A stretch of DNA of 61,605 bases, the filler included, from Candidatus Woesearchaeota archaeon (GTDB taxonomy: Archaea; Nanobdellota; Nanobdellia; Woesearchaeales; BM511): assembly GCA_023266675.1 (NCBI GenBank). It is 4 parts of 4 records of this genome, joined end to end, with 100 filler letters (N's around TTAATTAATTAA, not from the genome) between each part and the next. Parts side by side here need not be neighbours in the genome. Positions count along the whole stretch, not along the records: positions 1 to 7,041 come from JAHFPP010000063.1; positions 7,142 to 31,171 come from JAHFPP010000011.1; 2 more parts are not named here. One strand, 5' to 3'. The notes under the pieces are model-generated. The model saw nothing but the letters and a program-made list of their open reading frames with translations. It did not search any database and was not told the origin of the DNA. Of the stretch, positions 1-10,342 are shown piece after piece. Position 1 is the first letter of the stretch. Each line of letters starts with the position of its first letter. The translations under genes and the position numbers were made by a program.

Positions 1-2
1 GC

Positions 3-1301
3 TGCATGCTCCGGCGGACTTGCACCTGTATCAGGCACGTAAGAGTTAATGACTTGAGGGTCGCATTGTTCTTGTGCTGTTATTTTTGCGTCGCCGCAGC
101 TTGTTTTTACGCATCTGCAATCAACACATGTTTCACTTGACTGGCACGTTGAAGAAGTTGCAGCAGCAACATTTTTTGAAGAATCGCCTAAATCGCATTT
201 TTCTTCAAGACCATATGAGTTGAACGTATTGCCTGTACCATCTCCAATTTTGCCATCTCCACAAAAAGTTATAGGAGGTGATGATTGTGTTAAGCAAACG
301 CTTGTATCCTTGCAAAATTCATTTTGGCATCCAAAGTTTCCGCTGCAGTCTGAATCCGCTTTATTTTTTGATGTTGATAAGCATAAATTTCTGTCATTTA
401 AGCTTTTAAAAAAACTGTTTGCTCTGCAGTCATAGTCATATTTATCAGCACATCCATCGCCGTCACTGTCTGTTGTAGTTGAGTCCAGGCAAAGCTGTCT
501 TGTGTTGATTGATAAATAAAAATTGTAATTGCTTACACTTGACGTTATCCTGTCATTTTTTTTGGATACTTGGTAATTATTGTAAAACACGGTTATATTT
601 ACGTCTCCAGGCAAAAGGCCGTTTAGAATGTAATATCCGTATCCATCTGTTTTCGCATCCTGTCCTGTTGAAGTTCTTAACAGTATGTTGGCTAAAGGCG
701 ACATAGGATTTGAGCTTGAATTATATATATACCCTGATATTGAATAAAAAGTTGATGAATCTATGCATAAACTTGCTGTTTTGCATTCTGTTTGAACAGA
801 TGATACTTTTGAAGGTGTTGAGCTTGATGATGCTGCGCAGCAATATTGGTTTGGTGCTGTTGTTAATACGCCGCCGCATGCGCAGATTCCTGAATTTACA
901 GAGTTACATGTATTGTTTGAACACGGAGAATATGTTGTAGCTGCTCCACCGCAGACAGCACAACTTGTATCAGCAGTTGGATTGAACGTAAAATGATCCG
1001 TGCTGCAGCTTGCTTTGTTCATATACCTTTCAACAATAGGAGTTGGATCAGTTCCTGTATTACAGCAGCATCCCATAGTGCAAATGTTGGCTAGTGATGT
1101 GTCTGTGCAAAGTATATTCTCGTGATAACCTGCACCGCATTCTGCCTTGTTTTCTGGTGTTGTAAAAACGAGGGTGCATTCATTGTCTTTAATGCAGCAG
1201 CTCTGCGGCTGTGTTGCTGTTATAAGAGATGATGATATTGAGATAGAAAAAACTATGAAGAAGACTAAAAGTATATGTTTTATGTATGCACGCCCACCCA
1301 T
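3..1301 (-). CDS. Secreted Cys-rich surface protein, 3'-partial (runs off the window start)
   Basis: Manual translation from ATG at 1301: MGGRAYIKHILLVFFIVFSISISSSLITATQPQSCCIKDNEC...; hydrophobic signal peptide followed by Cys-rich sequence. Absent from the ORF track because there is no stop in the window. Confidence 0.75.
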   Translation of the reverse strand, partial: MGGRAYIKHILLVFFIVFSISISSSLITATQPQSCCIKDNECTLVFTTPENKAECGAGYHENILCTDTSLANICTMGCCCNTGTDPTPIVERYMNKASCSTDHFTFNPTADTSCAVCGGAATTYSPCSNNTCNSVNSGICACGGVLTTAPNQYCCAASSSSTPSKVSSVQTECKTASLCIDSSTFYSISGYIYNSSSNPMSPLANILLRTSTGQDAKTDGYGYYILNGLLPGDVNITVFYNNYQVSKKNDRITSSVSNYNFYLSINTRQLCLDSTTTDSDGDGCADKYDYDCRANSFFKSLNDRNLCLSTSKNKADSDCSGNFGCQNEFCKDTSVCLTQSSPPITFCGDGKIGDGTGNTFNSYGLEEKCDLGDSSKNVAAATSSTCQSSETCVDCRCVKTSCGDAKITAQEQCDPQVINSYVPDTGASPPEHA

Positions 1302-1406
1302 TAATTATCCTCTTTTATAAAATCCAGCTATATATAGTATCTTTCTGTCGACTCTCATTTAAATACGTTGCGGTTTTAAGAGGAGGAAAACAGAGTATAA
1401 ATCTAA

Positions 1407-1904
1407 TTATCTTTCAACTTCTCTCCTTATTTTATCAAAAAGATTTTTTGTTCTTTCTTTTAAACTCAAAAATTCTTCACCTTCCAAAGAAGTCTTAATA
1501 GAATACTGCATGTTTTCCCTTATATCAAGAAGCTTATTGCTATGCTCAATATCTGACGTAACATCTTTGTCAAATATCTCTTTTAATTCTGCAATTGTAA
1601 TATCCAATTCCTTATTGTTTATCATCTCTTCTATCATTATAAAAGTGCAGTTTTGATTTCTTGACTCGTATCCTTTTTTAGCAAGTATGGCTAAAAGCGC
1701 ATGATAAAGGCAATAAAATGCTGCTGATGCTGACCAGTCAGAGAATCCTTCTTTTTTAAAAAGCATCATTGCTTTAAAATTATGAAGCGCTTTATTTAAA
1801 TGACCCTTAATCTTTTCTTCTGACACTCCAACCTTTTTTAATCCTTTATGCCTTTCTTTACCAATATTTCCTTCAACTAAGCATCTGTCAATTTTTATAG
1901 ACAT
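1407..1904 (-). CDS. HEPN domain protein (HEPN-MNT toxin-antitoxin-like pair)
   Basis: AAFYCLYHALLA and R-ENMQY patterns typical of archaeal HEPN proteins; overlaps the upstream MNT gene. Confidence 0.8.
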   Translation of the reverse strand: MSIKIDRCLVEGNIGKERHKGLKKVGVSEEKIKGHLNKALHNFKAMMLFKKEGFSDWSASAAFYCLYHALLAILAKKGYESRNQNCTFIMIEEMINNKELDITIAELKEIFDKDVTSDIEHSNKLLDIRENMQYSIKTSLEGEEFLSLKERTKNLFDKIRREVER

Positions 1905-2469
1905 CTTTTATCATCTCAATGATTATTTTCTGACCCCATAAGACTACTCCTTCTCTGATAATGCTTATCAAGACTTTATCAGTTAATATATTTTTCTTAA
2001 AATCATCACTTGTCTGGATAACATCATGTATTTTTACAGGCGTAAGCTCTTTTACAAGTTCAAGTGATTTTTTATAAGTATTAAATTCATTTTTGCCTAT
2101 TATGAAGAAAATATCAAGATCATTTGGTGAATCTTTTTTTGCATATGAACCAAATAATATGCAAACTTTTGATGTATCTTTTAATGACTTAAAATCTTCA
2201 TATCTAAACTTAATTTTTTTTTCAAATTCATCAGTTAATGCAAGTTCCAGATATAAAATTGTTTTTTCATTGTTAAAATTAATTCTGTAAGATTTTGAAT
2301 TTATAACTATATTTGAAACTAATACATTTTCTTTTTCAAATTTTTTAAGTATTTTATACGCTCCGTTTGGCGAAAGTGTGCACTCTTTTGAAATCTGATT
2401 AATTGAATATATCTGAGTTACTGACGACAATAAAAGCCTTAAAACCTTTTTTTCATTGTTTGAAATCAT
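1888..2469 (-). CDS. Winged-HTH plus minimal nucleotidyltransferase (MNT)
   Basis: LFGSYAK...DLDIF Pol-beta NTase motif and N-terminal HTH; likely start MISNNEKK at 2469. Confidence 0.82.
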   Translation of the reverse strand: MISNNEKKVLRLLLSSVTQIYSINQISKECTLSPNGAYKILKKFEKENVLVSNIVINSKSYRINFNNEKTILYLELALTDEFEKKIKFRYEDFKSLKDTSKVCILFGSYAKKDSPNDLDIFFIIGKNEFNTYKKSLELVKELTPVKIHDVIQTSDDFKKNILTDKVLISIIREGVVLWGQKIIIEMIKDVYKN

Positions 2470-2617
2470 ATTATACCCCTTTGGTGTATAATTATACACT
2501 AAAAGTATATAAGCTTTTCTGATTGAGATATTAACCACTAAGAGATAGTTAAATAATCGAAAGATTTAAATAAGAAATAAGCGTAGTTGTGGTTATAACA
2601 AACCTATTTAGGAGGAA

Positions 2618-3145
2618 ATGAAAATGAGTCAAATTTATATTCCAGAAAGCATAGATAATCACGTTTTAGAAACACCATCTTTTAGCAGAAGACAATTCTT
2701 AGGAAGCATCACAGGAATTACTGCTATGATAGGATTATATGGTTGTGTATCTACACCAACTAAACCTTCAGACCCACCAATTAGACTAACTGAAGGAATG
2801 CCAAATACATTAACATATGTAAACGAAAATGGACAAAAAGAAACAGTAACTGATCTGAGAGGAATGTGGAATTTATACATAACTGAAAGTGGAGGACATT
2901 ATTCTCAAGAAGCTAAAATTGAACAAGAAAAGAATAAATTTATTGGTACTAAAACGAGAGGAGGAATTATAGTAACTGATGAATTTCTAAGAGGAATATT
3001 AGAACCAAATTATTCAGCATTTAGAGAACTAATTAAAAATGGACCTCCTTGGGAAGCTGTTAAAGGTACAATATCATCAGATTTGAATATAATAACATAT
3101 CAATCTTCAATGGCAGCTGTATCTCTTCATAGAATAAAGATATAG
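2618..3145 (+). CDS. Putative twin-arginine signal lipoprotein, unknown function
   Basis: SRRQFLG Tat-like motif, hydrophobic stretch, LYGC lipobox-like Cys; AGGAGG RBS upstream. Confidence 0.65.
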   Translation: MKMSQIYIPESIDNHVLETPSFSRRQFLGSITGITAMIGLYGCVSTPTKPSDPPIRLTEGMPNTLTYVNENGQKETVTDLRGMWNLYITESGGHYSQEAKIEQEKNKFIGTKTRGGIIVTDEFLRGILEPNYSAFRELIKNGPPWEAVKGTISSDLNIITYQSSMAAVSLHRIKI

Positions 3146-3146
3146 A

Positions 3147-6100
3147 TTATTTATCATTATGAACAAGAATATTATTTACATAATAAGTATGATATTCTTC
3201 AACTTCAAAATTATAAACTGTGTTTGTAGAGTTAAAAATCTTTATTGAATTTAATCGCACATTATTTCCAGATGAATCTGTGAAATTATCGCCAATCTTA
3301 GCATCCCATAAATGTTTCCATTCATTATTGATTAACATTCTATGATTAGGAGTAACATTTAGAATATTATTAACTAACCAATAGCCTTGTATATTTGGAT
3401 GTATAAGTAATTTTAATACTTTGCCGAAAGTTACTGTTTTATTAATTTGATTATAAGTTAAAACATAATCTCCAACTTTTATATCTTCAATATTCTTCTT
3501 AGTTCCATCACCCATCATAACTGGAGTACCAGCAAGGAAACAACCGCCTCCACCACCCCCACCAGCTCCTATATTACAATCTGCATTTCCTCCACAAATT
3601 CCTAAGCAATCAACTACTGCAGTTGAACCACATTTATTATCACAACCACCTATTACTTTTCCTGAACCGCATACACCATCACAACCCAAGACTTTAGTAG
3701 AACCACATTTATTATCACAACCACCTATTACTTTAGTCGAACCACAAGCATTATCACAACCACCTATTACTTTAGTTGAACCACATTTATTGTCACATCC
3801 ACCATAAACTTTACCAGAATTACAAATGCCGTCACATCCCCATACTTTAGTTGAACCACATTTGTTATCACATCCAGTTGGAGCATTGCAAATCATAGGT
3901 ATACTATAACCACAACCATTTTGGCTGCCAGTACAAGTACAAGTTGAACCCTTAAGAATAGTATATTGACATGTATTACTTTTTCCACAACCACATTCTC
4001 CGTCACAACTATTTGGACCGCAGTCAGTTGTTGGCGCTCCACAGCTATTTGATTGGCAACTTGCACCAGCTCCTGCAGGTCTTCCAGCAAACGCAGATGG
4101 TGTTGAGTCACAGCCACAATGATTTGAACCAAAAGCATCACAGTAATTCCATCCTGTTGCACCACAAACATTATTTTCATTTTGATTATTTGTACATGTA
4201 GGACTAAAACTTTGACTATTATAACAACCATTTATGCAGCTATTTGCACTTGACCATATTTCTCCGTTGCACATTTTATATGGACCTGAAGTTGAACTGC
4301 TACAATGAGAATTTCCATTATAAGTCGCAGACTTATCATCTATCATACACTTATTAGGAGAAGTACATCTATTTGTTCCAAAATAATCCTGTTTGCATAA
4401 TCCATCATCTGTTTTTGGAGTATCACTTCCTGTACATTGATTATCTCTGTTACATATACTGCCATCAGGAAGTCTTGGTATACAATCATGCAACGGACTT
4501 GCTGTTTGACTTGTGTCTGAAGAACTTACACCAACACACCATTTAGTGCTTTTGTCACAATGACCATCATCGGCATTGCAGTCTTTCCAAGTTCCTGCAT
4601 CGCAATAATCTAATTGTGAATCTCCGCCAACATTTAATGGTTGACTATTTGGATAAGCTACATTATCATAAACGCATTCTGGTAAAACTCTGCAACCTTT
4701 TCTTTTATTATCAGATAAACAAATTAATGAACTAAAGCATGGAGTTTCATCTTCAGTTTCTCCTTTGTCATCTCCGCAGCATTGTCTGTTTACTGGAGAA
4801 TATGATTGGTAATGTTCATCAAAATAATATGGTACCTTAATTATGTCAGTTAATACATCTCCATTCCCATTATTAATTTTACCACCATTATACACATATG
4901 GAATATTTCCTGTTTTGCTCCATCTTAACAATTGACATGCTGTTTTATCAGAATCCAGTTCAATGTCTTGTGAAGCAGAACATGTTTCTTTTGTTCCGCA
5001 AACGTTATCAGAATCATAAGGTAAATATTGTCTTAGTTTTATTTCTCCGGAAGAATAAACAAATGAATTAAGTATTATTATATTACTAACACCAGATGTT
5101 TCTTCAGCACATCCATCATTGCTTCCTGATTTACAATTAAATATTCTTCCACTAGTGCATTGACCTAAACTTATACCAGAAGGATTATTAAAAGTATAGT
5201 TAACCAAATCCGCTTCATTGTCATCTGGACTCCATTTATCACTTTGACCAGCAACTGCTGTTGCATCCCAGATACAAACATGTTTGGTAGTTGAATAATC
5301 ACAAGAGTTAGAATTAAGTAATGTTTGTGAATATGTATCATAATTAGTTAAAGTAGAATCTTTAAAACTCCCAAGCCTTGCCGATCTAGCATAGCATCTG
5401 CAGTCTATTGTGTTGTCTGCGTCAAAAGTTATTCCAGGTGTTTTATCAAATTTGTAAAAAGTATTTGGAGATGGTTTTGTAGCATCATAATCAGTTCCTC
5501 CTGGCGCAGCATACGCATATGTGCATGTGCCATCACTGCTTTTACATAATCCTTTTGCGAGGAAGGGAGTTGATATTGCTGATGTAGTAATAGCATAATT
5601 ATTTGATGAAACGCATTTGTACACTTCGCTGCACTGTCCGTCGAATTTGTCTTGTGAGCTTCCGCTTGTAACTAATGAATTTACTTTTTTATAAATTTCT
5701 TTTTCAAAAGAATCTCCGGTTGGATAATTTACGCATATGTCAGCGTTGCTGTTGTTTTCAGAAATAATATTTGTTATTGCACCATTTGTATTTGTGACAA
5801 AGAATCTTTGATTCGGTCCTGAGCATTTTTCTTCCTGGTTAGGTTTTAAGTCGTCAGCACATGCACCAATTGGAGGATTAGAATTTGAAGAAGCTGGGGC
5901 TGGCTGCCTTATTTCGCTTGGATTGTTGTCGCATATGTTTCCGCGTACGCCGTTGCACTTGGTGTCAAAGCTTCTTTCATAAACATCATTGTTGAAATTA
6001 TAAGCCCCGGTTGAAGTTAAAGTGGAATAAGTGTAAGGTGGAAGTTGAAAATTAGAAGTTGGATAAGTTTTAGTATCACTAATATGAGTAGTTATTGGAG

Positions 6101-7040
6101 TTTGTGTATTTCCTATATTTGAATTTAAATAATAATTCCAAGTTATACTATAATCACTAAACTTTACAGTGCTTAAATCATTTCTTTCTGTTTTTAATCC
6201 TGTAAACCTTGAATCGTTGAATCCCCAGAACGGCGCGTATGATGTGAAATTATAGCAGATGGATGTTTGAGGTGAATAAGTTCCGTAATCAGTTGCAGGA
6301 TATTCCATACAGCATGTGTGGTCTGCCTGGAAAGAATCATTGATATCTGTGTATGAAACAAACCCGTTGTCGCCACTAAAGTTATTAAAAGGAAATGATG
6401 CTGAATTATTATGATGCGGAAGACATTGGTAAACTATTATGTTTTGTGTATCTGATAACGGCTGTGAGTTTGCATAAAGATCAATTTTATGGGAAATACT
6501 TTTTTTCCCTAATGATTCGCCAAAATTCCCAAAAATCATATAATCATGTGACGGATTAGATAAAGTGGTTGTTGGTTTTATATTTTCTATATTGTAAGTG
6601 TCGTTTGGCAATAAACGAGTTGTTGTGGATACAGTAATGATGTTAAATGGCTCTGTGCTGTCAATCCATGTGAATCTTGTTGTTGTTAATGGTGTTGTAA
6701 TCATGTTTGTCATTTTTGCATTAAGTATATACGGGTCTTCAACAGATGCATAAGACTGGTTTATATCAGGGAAAAAATTTGTGTAATCAATTACGTAAGT
6801 TGGAATGTCATATACCCGTATCTTAACTTCCTGCCAATCACAAACGCCATGTTCATCGCATACAGAAATATTTACTGTGTGGTTTCCCAAATCCTCCATT
6901 TTTGTAGTATAATTTGCATCCCTGAAATTTAAACTGTAAGGAAATGATTTTGTCCATGTATGCTGCGCCAAATTTGAACGGGTAACACACCCTCCGTTTA
7001 TTATGTTATCTTCACATTTTGACCTGTCTACAAGATTCAT
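3147..7040 (-). CDS. Large Cys-rich extracellular protein with C-terminal Hint (intein-like) domain, 5'-partial
   Basis: Tandem GGCDNKCGSTKV-type repeats, then GGGGGGG-CFLAGTPV...TPNH...VYNFEVEEYHTYYVNNILVHN; ORF runs into the contig linker. Confidence 0.85.
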   Translation of the reverse strand: MNLVDRSKCEDNIINGGCVTRSNLAQHTWTKSFPYSLNFRDANYTTKMEDLGNHTVNISVCDEHGVCDWQEVKIRVYDIPTYVIDYTNFFPDINQSYASVEDPYILNAKMTNMITTPLTTTRFTWIDSTEPFNIITVSTTTRLLPNDTYNIENIKPTTTLSNPSHDYMIFGNFGESLGKKSISHKIDLYANSQPLSDTQNIIVYQCLPHHNNSASFPFNNFSGDNGFVSYTDINDSFQADHTCCMEYPATDYGTYSPQTSICYNFTSYAPFWGFNDSRFTGLKTERNDLSTVKFSDYSITWNYYLNSNIGNTQTPITTHISDTKTYPTSNFQLPPYTYSTLTSTGAYNFNNDVYERSFDTKCNGVRGNICDNNPSEIRQPAPASSNSNPPIGACADDLKPNQEEKCSGPNQRFFVTNTNGAITNIISENNSNADICVNYPTGDSFEKEIYKKVNSLVTSGSSQDKFDGQCSEVYKCVSSNNYAITTSAISTPFLAKGLCKSSDGTCTYAYAAPGGTDYDATKPSPNTFYKFDKTPGITFDADNTIDCRCYARSARLGSFKDSTLTNYDTYSQTLLNSNSCDYSTTKHVCIWDATAVAGQSDKWSPDDNEADLVNYTFNNPSGISLGQCTSGRIFNCKSGSNDGCAEETSGVSNIIILNSFVYSSGEIKLRQYLPYDSDNVCGTKETCSASQDIELDSDKTACQLLRWSKTGNIPYVYNGGKINNGNGDVLTDIIKVPYYFDEHYQSYSPVNRQCCGDDKGETEDETPCFSSLICLSDNKRKGCRVLPECVYDNVAYPNSQPLNVGGDSQLDYCDAGTWKDCNADDGHCDKSTKWCVGVSSSDTSQTASPLHDCIPRLPDGSICNRDNQCTGSDTPKTDDGLCKQDYFGTNRCTSPNKCMIDDKSATYNGNSHCSSSTSGPYKMCNGEIWSSANSCINGCYNSQSFSPTCTNNQNENNVCGATGWNYCDAFGSNHCGCDSTPSAFAGRPAGAGASCQSNSCGAPTTDCGPNSCDGECGCGKSNTCQYTILKGSTCTCTGSQNGCGYSIPMICNAPTGCDNKCGSTKVWGCDGICNSGKVYGGCDNKCGSTKVIGGCDNACGSTKVIGGCDNKCGSTKVLGCDGVCGSGKVIGGCDNKCGSTAVVDCLGICGGNADCNIGAGGGGGGGCFLAGTPVMMGDGTKKNIEDIKVGDYVLTYNQINKTVTFGKVLKLLIHPNIQGYWLVNNILNVTPNHRMLINNEWKHLWDAKIGDNFTDSSGNNVRLNSIKIFNSTNTVYNFEVEEYHTYYVNNILVHNDK

Positions 7041-7041
7041 G

Positions 7042-7141
7042 NNNNNNNNNNNNNNNNNNNNNNNNNNNNNNNNNNNNNNNNNNNNTTAATTAATTAANNN
7101 NNNNNNNNNNNNNNNNNNNNNNNNNNNNNNNNNNNNNNNNN
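7042..7141. other. Artificial contig linker
   Basis: N run + TTAATTAATTAA (stops in all six frames) + N run; identical at three positions. Confidence 0.97.
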
Positions 7142-7308
7142 TATTCTTCGGATGTTATCCTTTGAGCTTCATCAACTAGTAATCTGTATTCAGGATCGTT
7201 ATTATTAGGGTCGTGTCTGTGTGACACAAAGTTTAGCATCTTTAGTCTTTTAGAAAGGTCTTCCTGTTCTTCAGATGTTCTTTGTATAGGGAGTAGTTTT
7301 TCGCTCAT
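7142..7308 (-). CDS. Hypothetical protein, 3'-partial
   Basis: ATG at 7308 with TATA-like sequence upstream; truncated by the linker. Confidence 0.5.
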
Positions 7309-7450
7309 AAATATATTAAGGATGGGTTTAAGTTTATAAATGTTTCGATTTTGTTACTACTTAATAATTACAATAAATATAATCAGATAATAAGAAGAGT
7401 ATTTATACCAATAAATCAAAGGAATGCAAAAAGAGAGTGATGGAGAAAAA

Positions 7451-7795
7451 ATGAAGAATAAATTCGCTAAGAAAATAAAGATTCCAAAAATAAGTGTTAT
7501 GCAAGAATTCAAAGAATTCTTGAAAGAGTACAAGGTAGTAGCGCTTGCAATAGCATTCATCATGGGCGTTGCTGCAACCTCGCTGATAAAATCACTTGTG
7601 GATAATATAATAATGCCGATAATAACTCCATTTATCCCTGGAGGAGCATGGCAGGAAGCCGTATTCAATATCGGTCCGATAGTGCTGAAATGGGGAGCGT
7701 TTTTAGCAGGAGTAATAAATTTTGTAATAATTTTTTTTGTGATATTCCTTATGGCGAAATGGATACTTAAAGAGGACAAAGTATTAAAAAAATAA
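7451..7795 (+). CDS. mscL: Large-conductance mechanosensitive channel MscL family
   Basis: EFKEFL...VVALAIAFIMG.A...LIKSLVDNIIMP...GAFL..VINFVII signature. Confidence 0.92.
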   Translation: MKNKFAKKIKIPKISVMQEFKEFLKEYKVVALAIAFIMGVAATSLIKSLVDNIIMPIITPFIPGGAWQEAVFNIGPIVLKWGAFLAGVINFVIIFFVIFLMAKWILKEDKVLKK

Positions 7796-7895
7796 ATTTT
7801 TTAAAAATTACATATAGATAAGCAAATCTTATTTTTTAGTTTCATTTCTTCAGACAAAAGCAATATTTAAATATCAGAAAACTTATTTTAAAGAT

Positions 7896-8012
7896 ATGAT
7901 TCGAAGTTCATGGTGCCCATATTGCAAGATGGTTGTAAACCTTGTTGCTAGCAAAGGAAAAGAAATATGTCCTAACTGCGGACACAAGTCAAACCAGACA
8001 AGCGCAGGATAA
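7896..8012 (+). CDS. 38-aa zinc-finger microprotein (CPxC...CPxCG)
   Basis: Manual translation MIRSSWCPYCKMVVNLVASKGKEICPNCGHKSNQTSAG*; TTTAAATA box about 25-30 nt upstream. Confidence 0.7.
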   Translation: MIRSSWCPYCKMVVNLVASKGKEICPNCGHKSNQTSAG

Positions 8013-8070
8013 ATCAGAAAACATTTATATAGTCTTATTCTTAAAATCCCGTAGAGAGAGGTTTAAAAAA

Positions 8071-10293
8071 GTGAGTGGGAAAAATATTATTATATTTTCA
8101 ATTCTTTGCTTAGTATTAGTCTCAAGTGTTTCTCTTGCAATGGAATGCTCTGACAGCCTAAAACCAAGGATAAACCTAAAAAACAGCGAAGAACTCATCG
8201 AAGACATAAATTTCTATGCAAAGGTGCTTGATAAAAATGTTTCCTACCTCAATTACGTTGAGATAAACTCAAGCTTTGAATCATTCAGCCTTGACAAAGA
8301 AACAAATGAAATTAATTTTACGCCATCAAGATATGACCTTGGAGAACATAAACTGTTTTTTTATGCAATAGATGATATTGACTGCTATTCATCGCTTTTA
8401 GTCAATATGTTTGTATATGACAAACCAAGAATTATCCCTTTAAAACCTGATTCTAAATACATCCTTATGGATGAAGGACAGGGCATGATATTCAATATTG
8501 AAGTTGATGACAAAGACAATGACACAAAAGAGTATGTTTGGAAAATAAACGATAAAAAACAGGAAGGCGATTTTAAAGAAACATTTGCATTTGTAACAGA
8601 TTTTAACTCAACAGGAGAATATAACATTTCGGTCATAGTAATTGACTCAAAAAAATTAAATGACACATATACTTGGGAAATCGCAGTTAGGGAAAAGAAC
8701 AGAGAGCCTTACCTGTTTTCGGAGCTACCTGATTATGCATCGCCAGTTGGTAAAAAAACAAACATCGCACTTAACAATTACTTTGGCGACCCTGATAATG
8801 ACAGACTGCATTTTATAATAAATGCAACAAACCAGAAAAACAATAATAAGGTGGATATTGAAACTGTTATAGATGCGAGTAATCAGGCCCAGATTAATAC
8901 TAAAAATTTTACTGGAGTACTTATTGTTGAAATAACTGCGATGGATGGCTTTGGAGGTGTTGTAAAAAGCAACAAATACAAACTTTTTGTCGTTAATCTT
9001 AGAGGAAATGCACAAAATAATGTAGATAACATATTCTGCGGGGATAACATGTGCAATAAAAATGAATCATGTGGTACTTGCCAAAAAGATTGCGGACCAT
9101 GCACTGGTGGAAATGAAAAATGTGTAAACAGATGGGACTGCGAAGCATGGAGCGGATGTCTTGGAAACGGGTACATGATAAGGTCATGCAGAGACTTAAA
9201 CGGATGCATTGATGAAACTAGAAAACCGGCTGAAATAGAAGAATGCGAATTTAAAAGTTCATGCTACAATAAGATAAAGGATGAAGGTGAAACGCATGTT
9301 GACTGCGGAGGACAATGCGGCCAGTGTCCAACATGCACAGACAGAACACAGAATCAAGGAGAACGCGGCATAGACTGTGGAGGACCATGTGAAAATATAT
9401 GCCCAACATGTTCAGACAAAATACAAAATCAATTCGAATCCGATGTTGATTGCGGCGGCCCATGTGAAGAATGCATTGACAAAAGAAAATGCTATTCATG
9501 GAAAGACTGCAAAAGCCATATATGTAAATCCAGTATTTGCGCAGTAGCAACATGCCTTGACGGAGTAAAAAACCAGGATGAAATTGGTGTTGACTGCGAA
9601 GGAGTTTGCAATAATAAGTGCCCAACATGCTTTGATAATATTCTGAACCAGAATGAAACTGAAGTTGACTGTGGAGGACAGTGCAAACCATGCCCAACAT
9701 GCAACGACAATGTTCTAAATCAGGGAGAGAAATATACGGATTGCGGAGGAGTTTGCAGAAAATGCGAATGGGGAGATTTTGAAAAAAATAATCCGTCAAA
9801 GGCATTGATGGTAAAAGTTGCACTCATGATAGCCATTCTGCCATTTATAATTTTAATTTTATATTGGTTAAGTAGGAAAGTTATGAAAACAGACAAAGTT
9901 GAAAGACTTATCCTATTAAACCGTGTTTTTGGAAGACGAAAAAATGTATTTAAAAATAAAAAAGAAGCTGTTGAACAGATTTCATCAGTTTTAAAAAAAC
10001 TGGAAAAGGACATCATGGAAACAAACAAGAAGGAAACTAGAGAAGAGATTGTAAGCATGATTTCAAAATTCCTAGAAAAATTAGCCGATATCAGGATATC
10101 AAATGATGAAGAGACAATAATCAAAACAGTCAAATCAATGGAAATTCCTTTTCCTTTAAGCAACATAGTGGTATATATAGCGTCAGAAGCAAAAGAAATA
10201 TCAAACAACAAATATTTGACAGCATTTGAGATTATGAGCAAACTTAAAGACATAAATCTGGCTATATTGGAGATAGAAAAGAGTACACAGTAG
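8071..10293 (+). CDS. Single-pass surface protein: Ig/cadherin-like domains, Cys-rich repeats, TM helix, cytoplasmic tail
   Basis: Likely GTG start after GAGAGG; signal peptide; DPDND.L motif; about 7 copies of C.D...NQ.E..VDCGG.C; C-terminal TM. Confidence 0.8.
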   Translation: MSGKNIIIFSILCLVLVSSVSLAMECSDSLKPRINLKNSEELIEDINFYAKVLDKNVSYLNYVEINSSFESFSLDKETNEINFTPSRYDLGEHKLFFYAIDDIDCYSSLLVNMFVYDKPRIIPLKPDSKYILMDEGQGMIFNIEVDDKDNDTKEYVWKINDKKQEGDFKETFAFVTDFNSTGEYNISVIVIDSKKLNDTYTWEIAVREKNREPYLFSELPDYASPVGKKTNIALNNYFGDPDNDRLHFIINATNQKNNNKVDIETVIDASNQAQINTKNFTGVLIVEITAMDGFGGVVKSNKYKLFVVNLRGNAQNNVDNIFCGDNMCNKNESCGTCQKDCGPCTGGNEKCVNRWDCEAWSGCLGNGYMIRSCRDLNGCIDETRKPAEIEECEFKSSCYNKIKDEGETHVDCGGQCGQCPTCTDRTQNQGERGIDCGGPCENICPTCSDKIQNQFESDVDCGGPCEECIDKRKCYSWKDCKSHICKSSICAVATCLDGVKNQDEIGVDCEGVCNNKCPTCFDNILNQNETEVDCGGQCKPCPTCNDNVLNQGEKYTDCGGVCRKCEWGDFEKNNPSKALMVKVALMIAILPFIILILYWLSRKVMKTDKVERLILLNRVFGRRKNVFKNKKEAVEQISSVLKKLEKDIMETNKKETREEIVSMISKFLEKLADIRISNDEETIIKTVKSMEIPFPLSNIVVYIASEAKEISNNKYLTAFEIMSKLKDINLAILEIEKSTQ

Positions 10294-10342
10294 AGTTCAC
10301 CAAAACACTTATAAATGAAACTTATTTTCTTTTGATAAATCA

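Noticed and set aside
220..1498. Short plus-strand ORFs here and the many other antisense ORFs in the track
   Set aside because: Shadows of real genes on the opposite strand, with no recognisable motifs.
7042..7141. TTAATTAATTAA palindrome in N runs (also 31172-31271 and 54754-54853)
   Set aside because: Identical artificial all-frame-stop linkers; not biological. Gene neighbourhoods across them were not interpreted.
7942..8070. TTG-start extension of the 783-aa ORF
   Set aside because: It overlaps the Zn-finger microprotein; the RBS and signal peptide fit the GTG at 8071.
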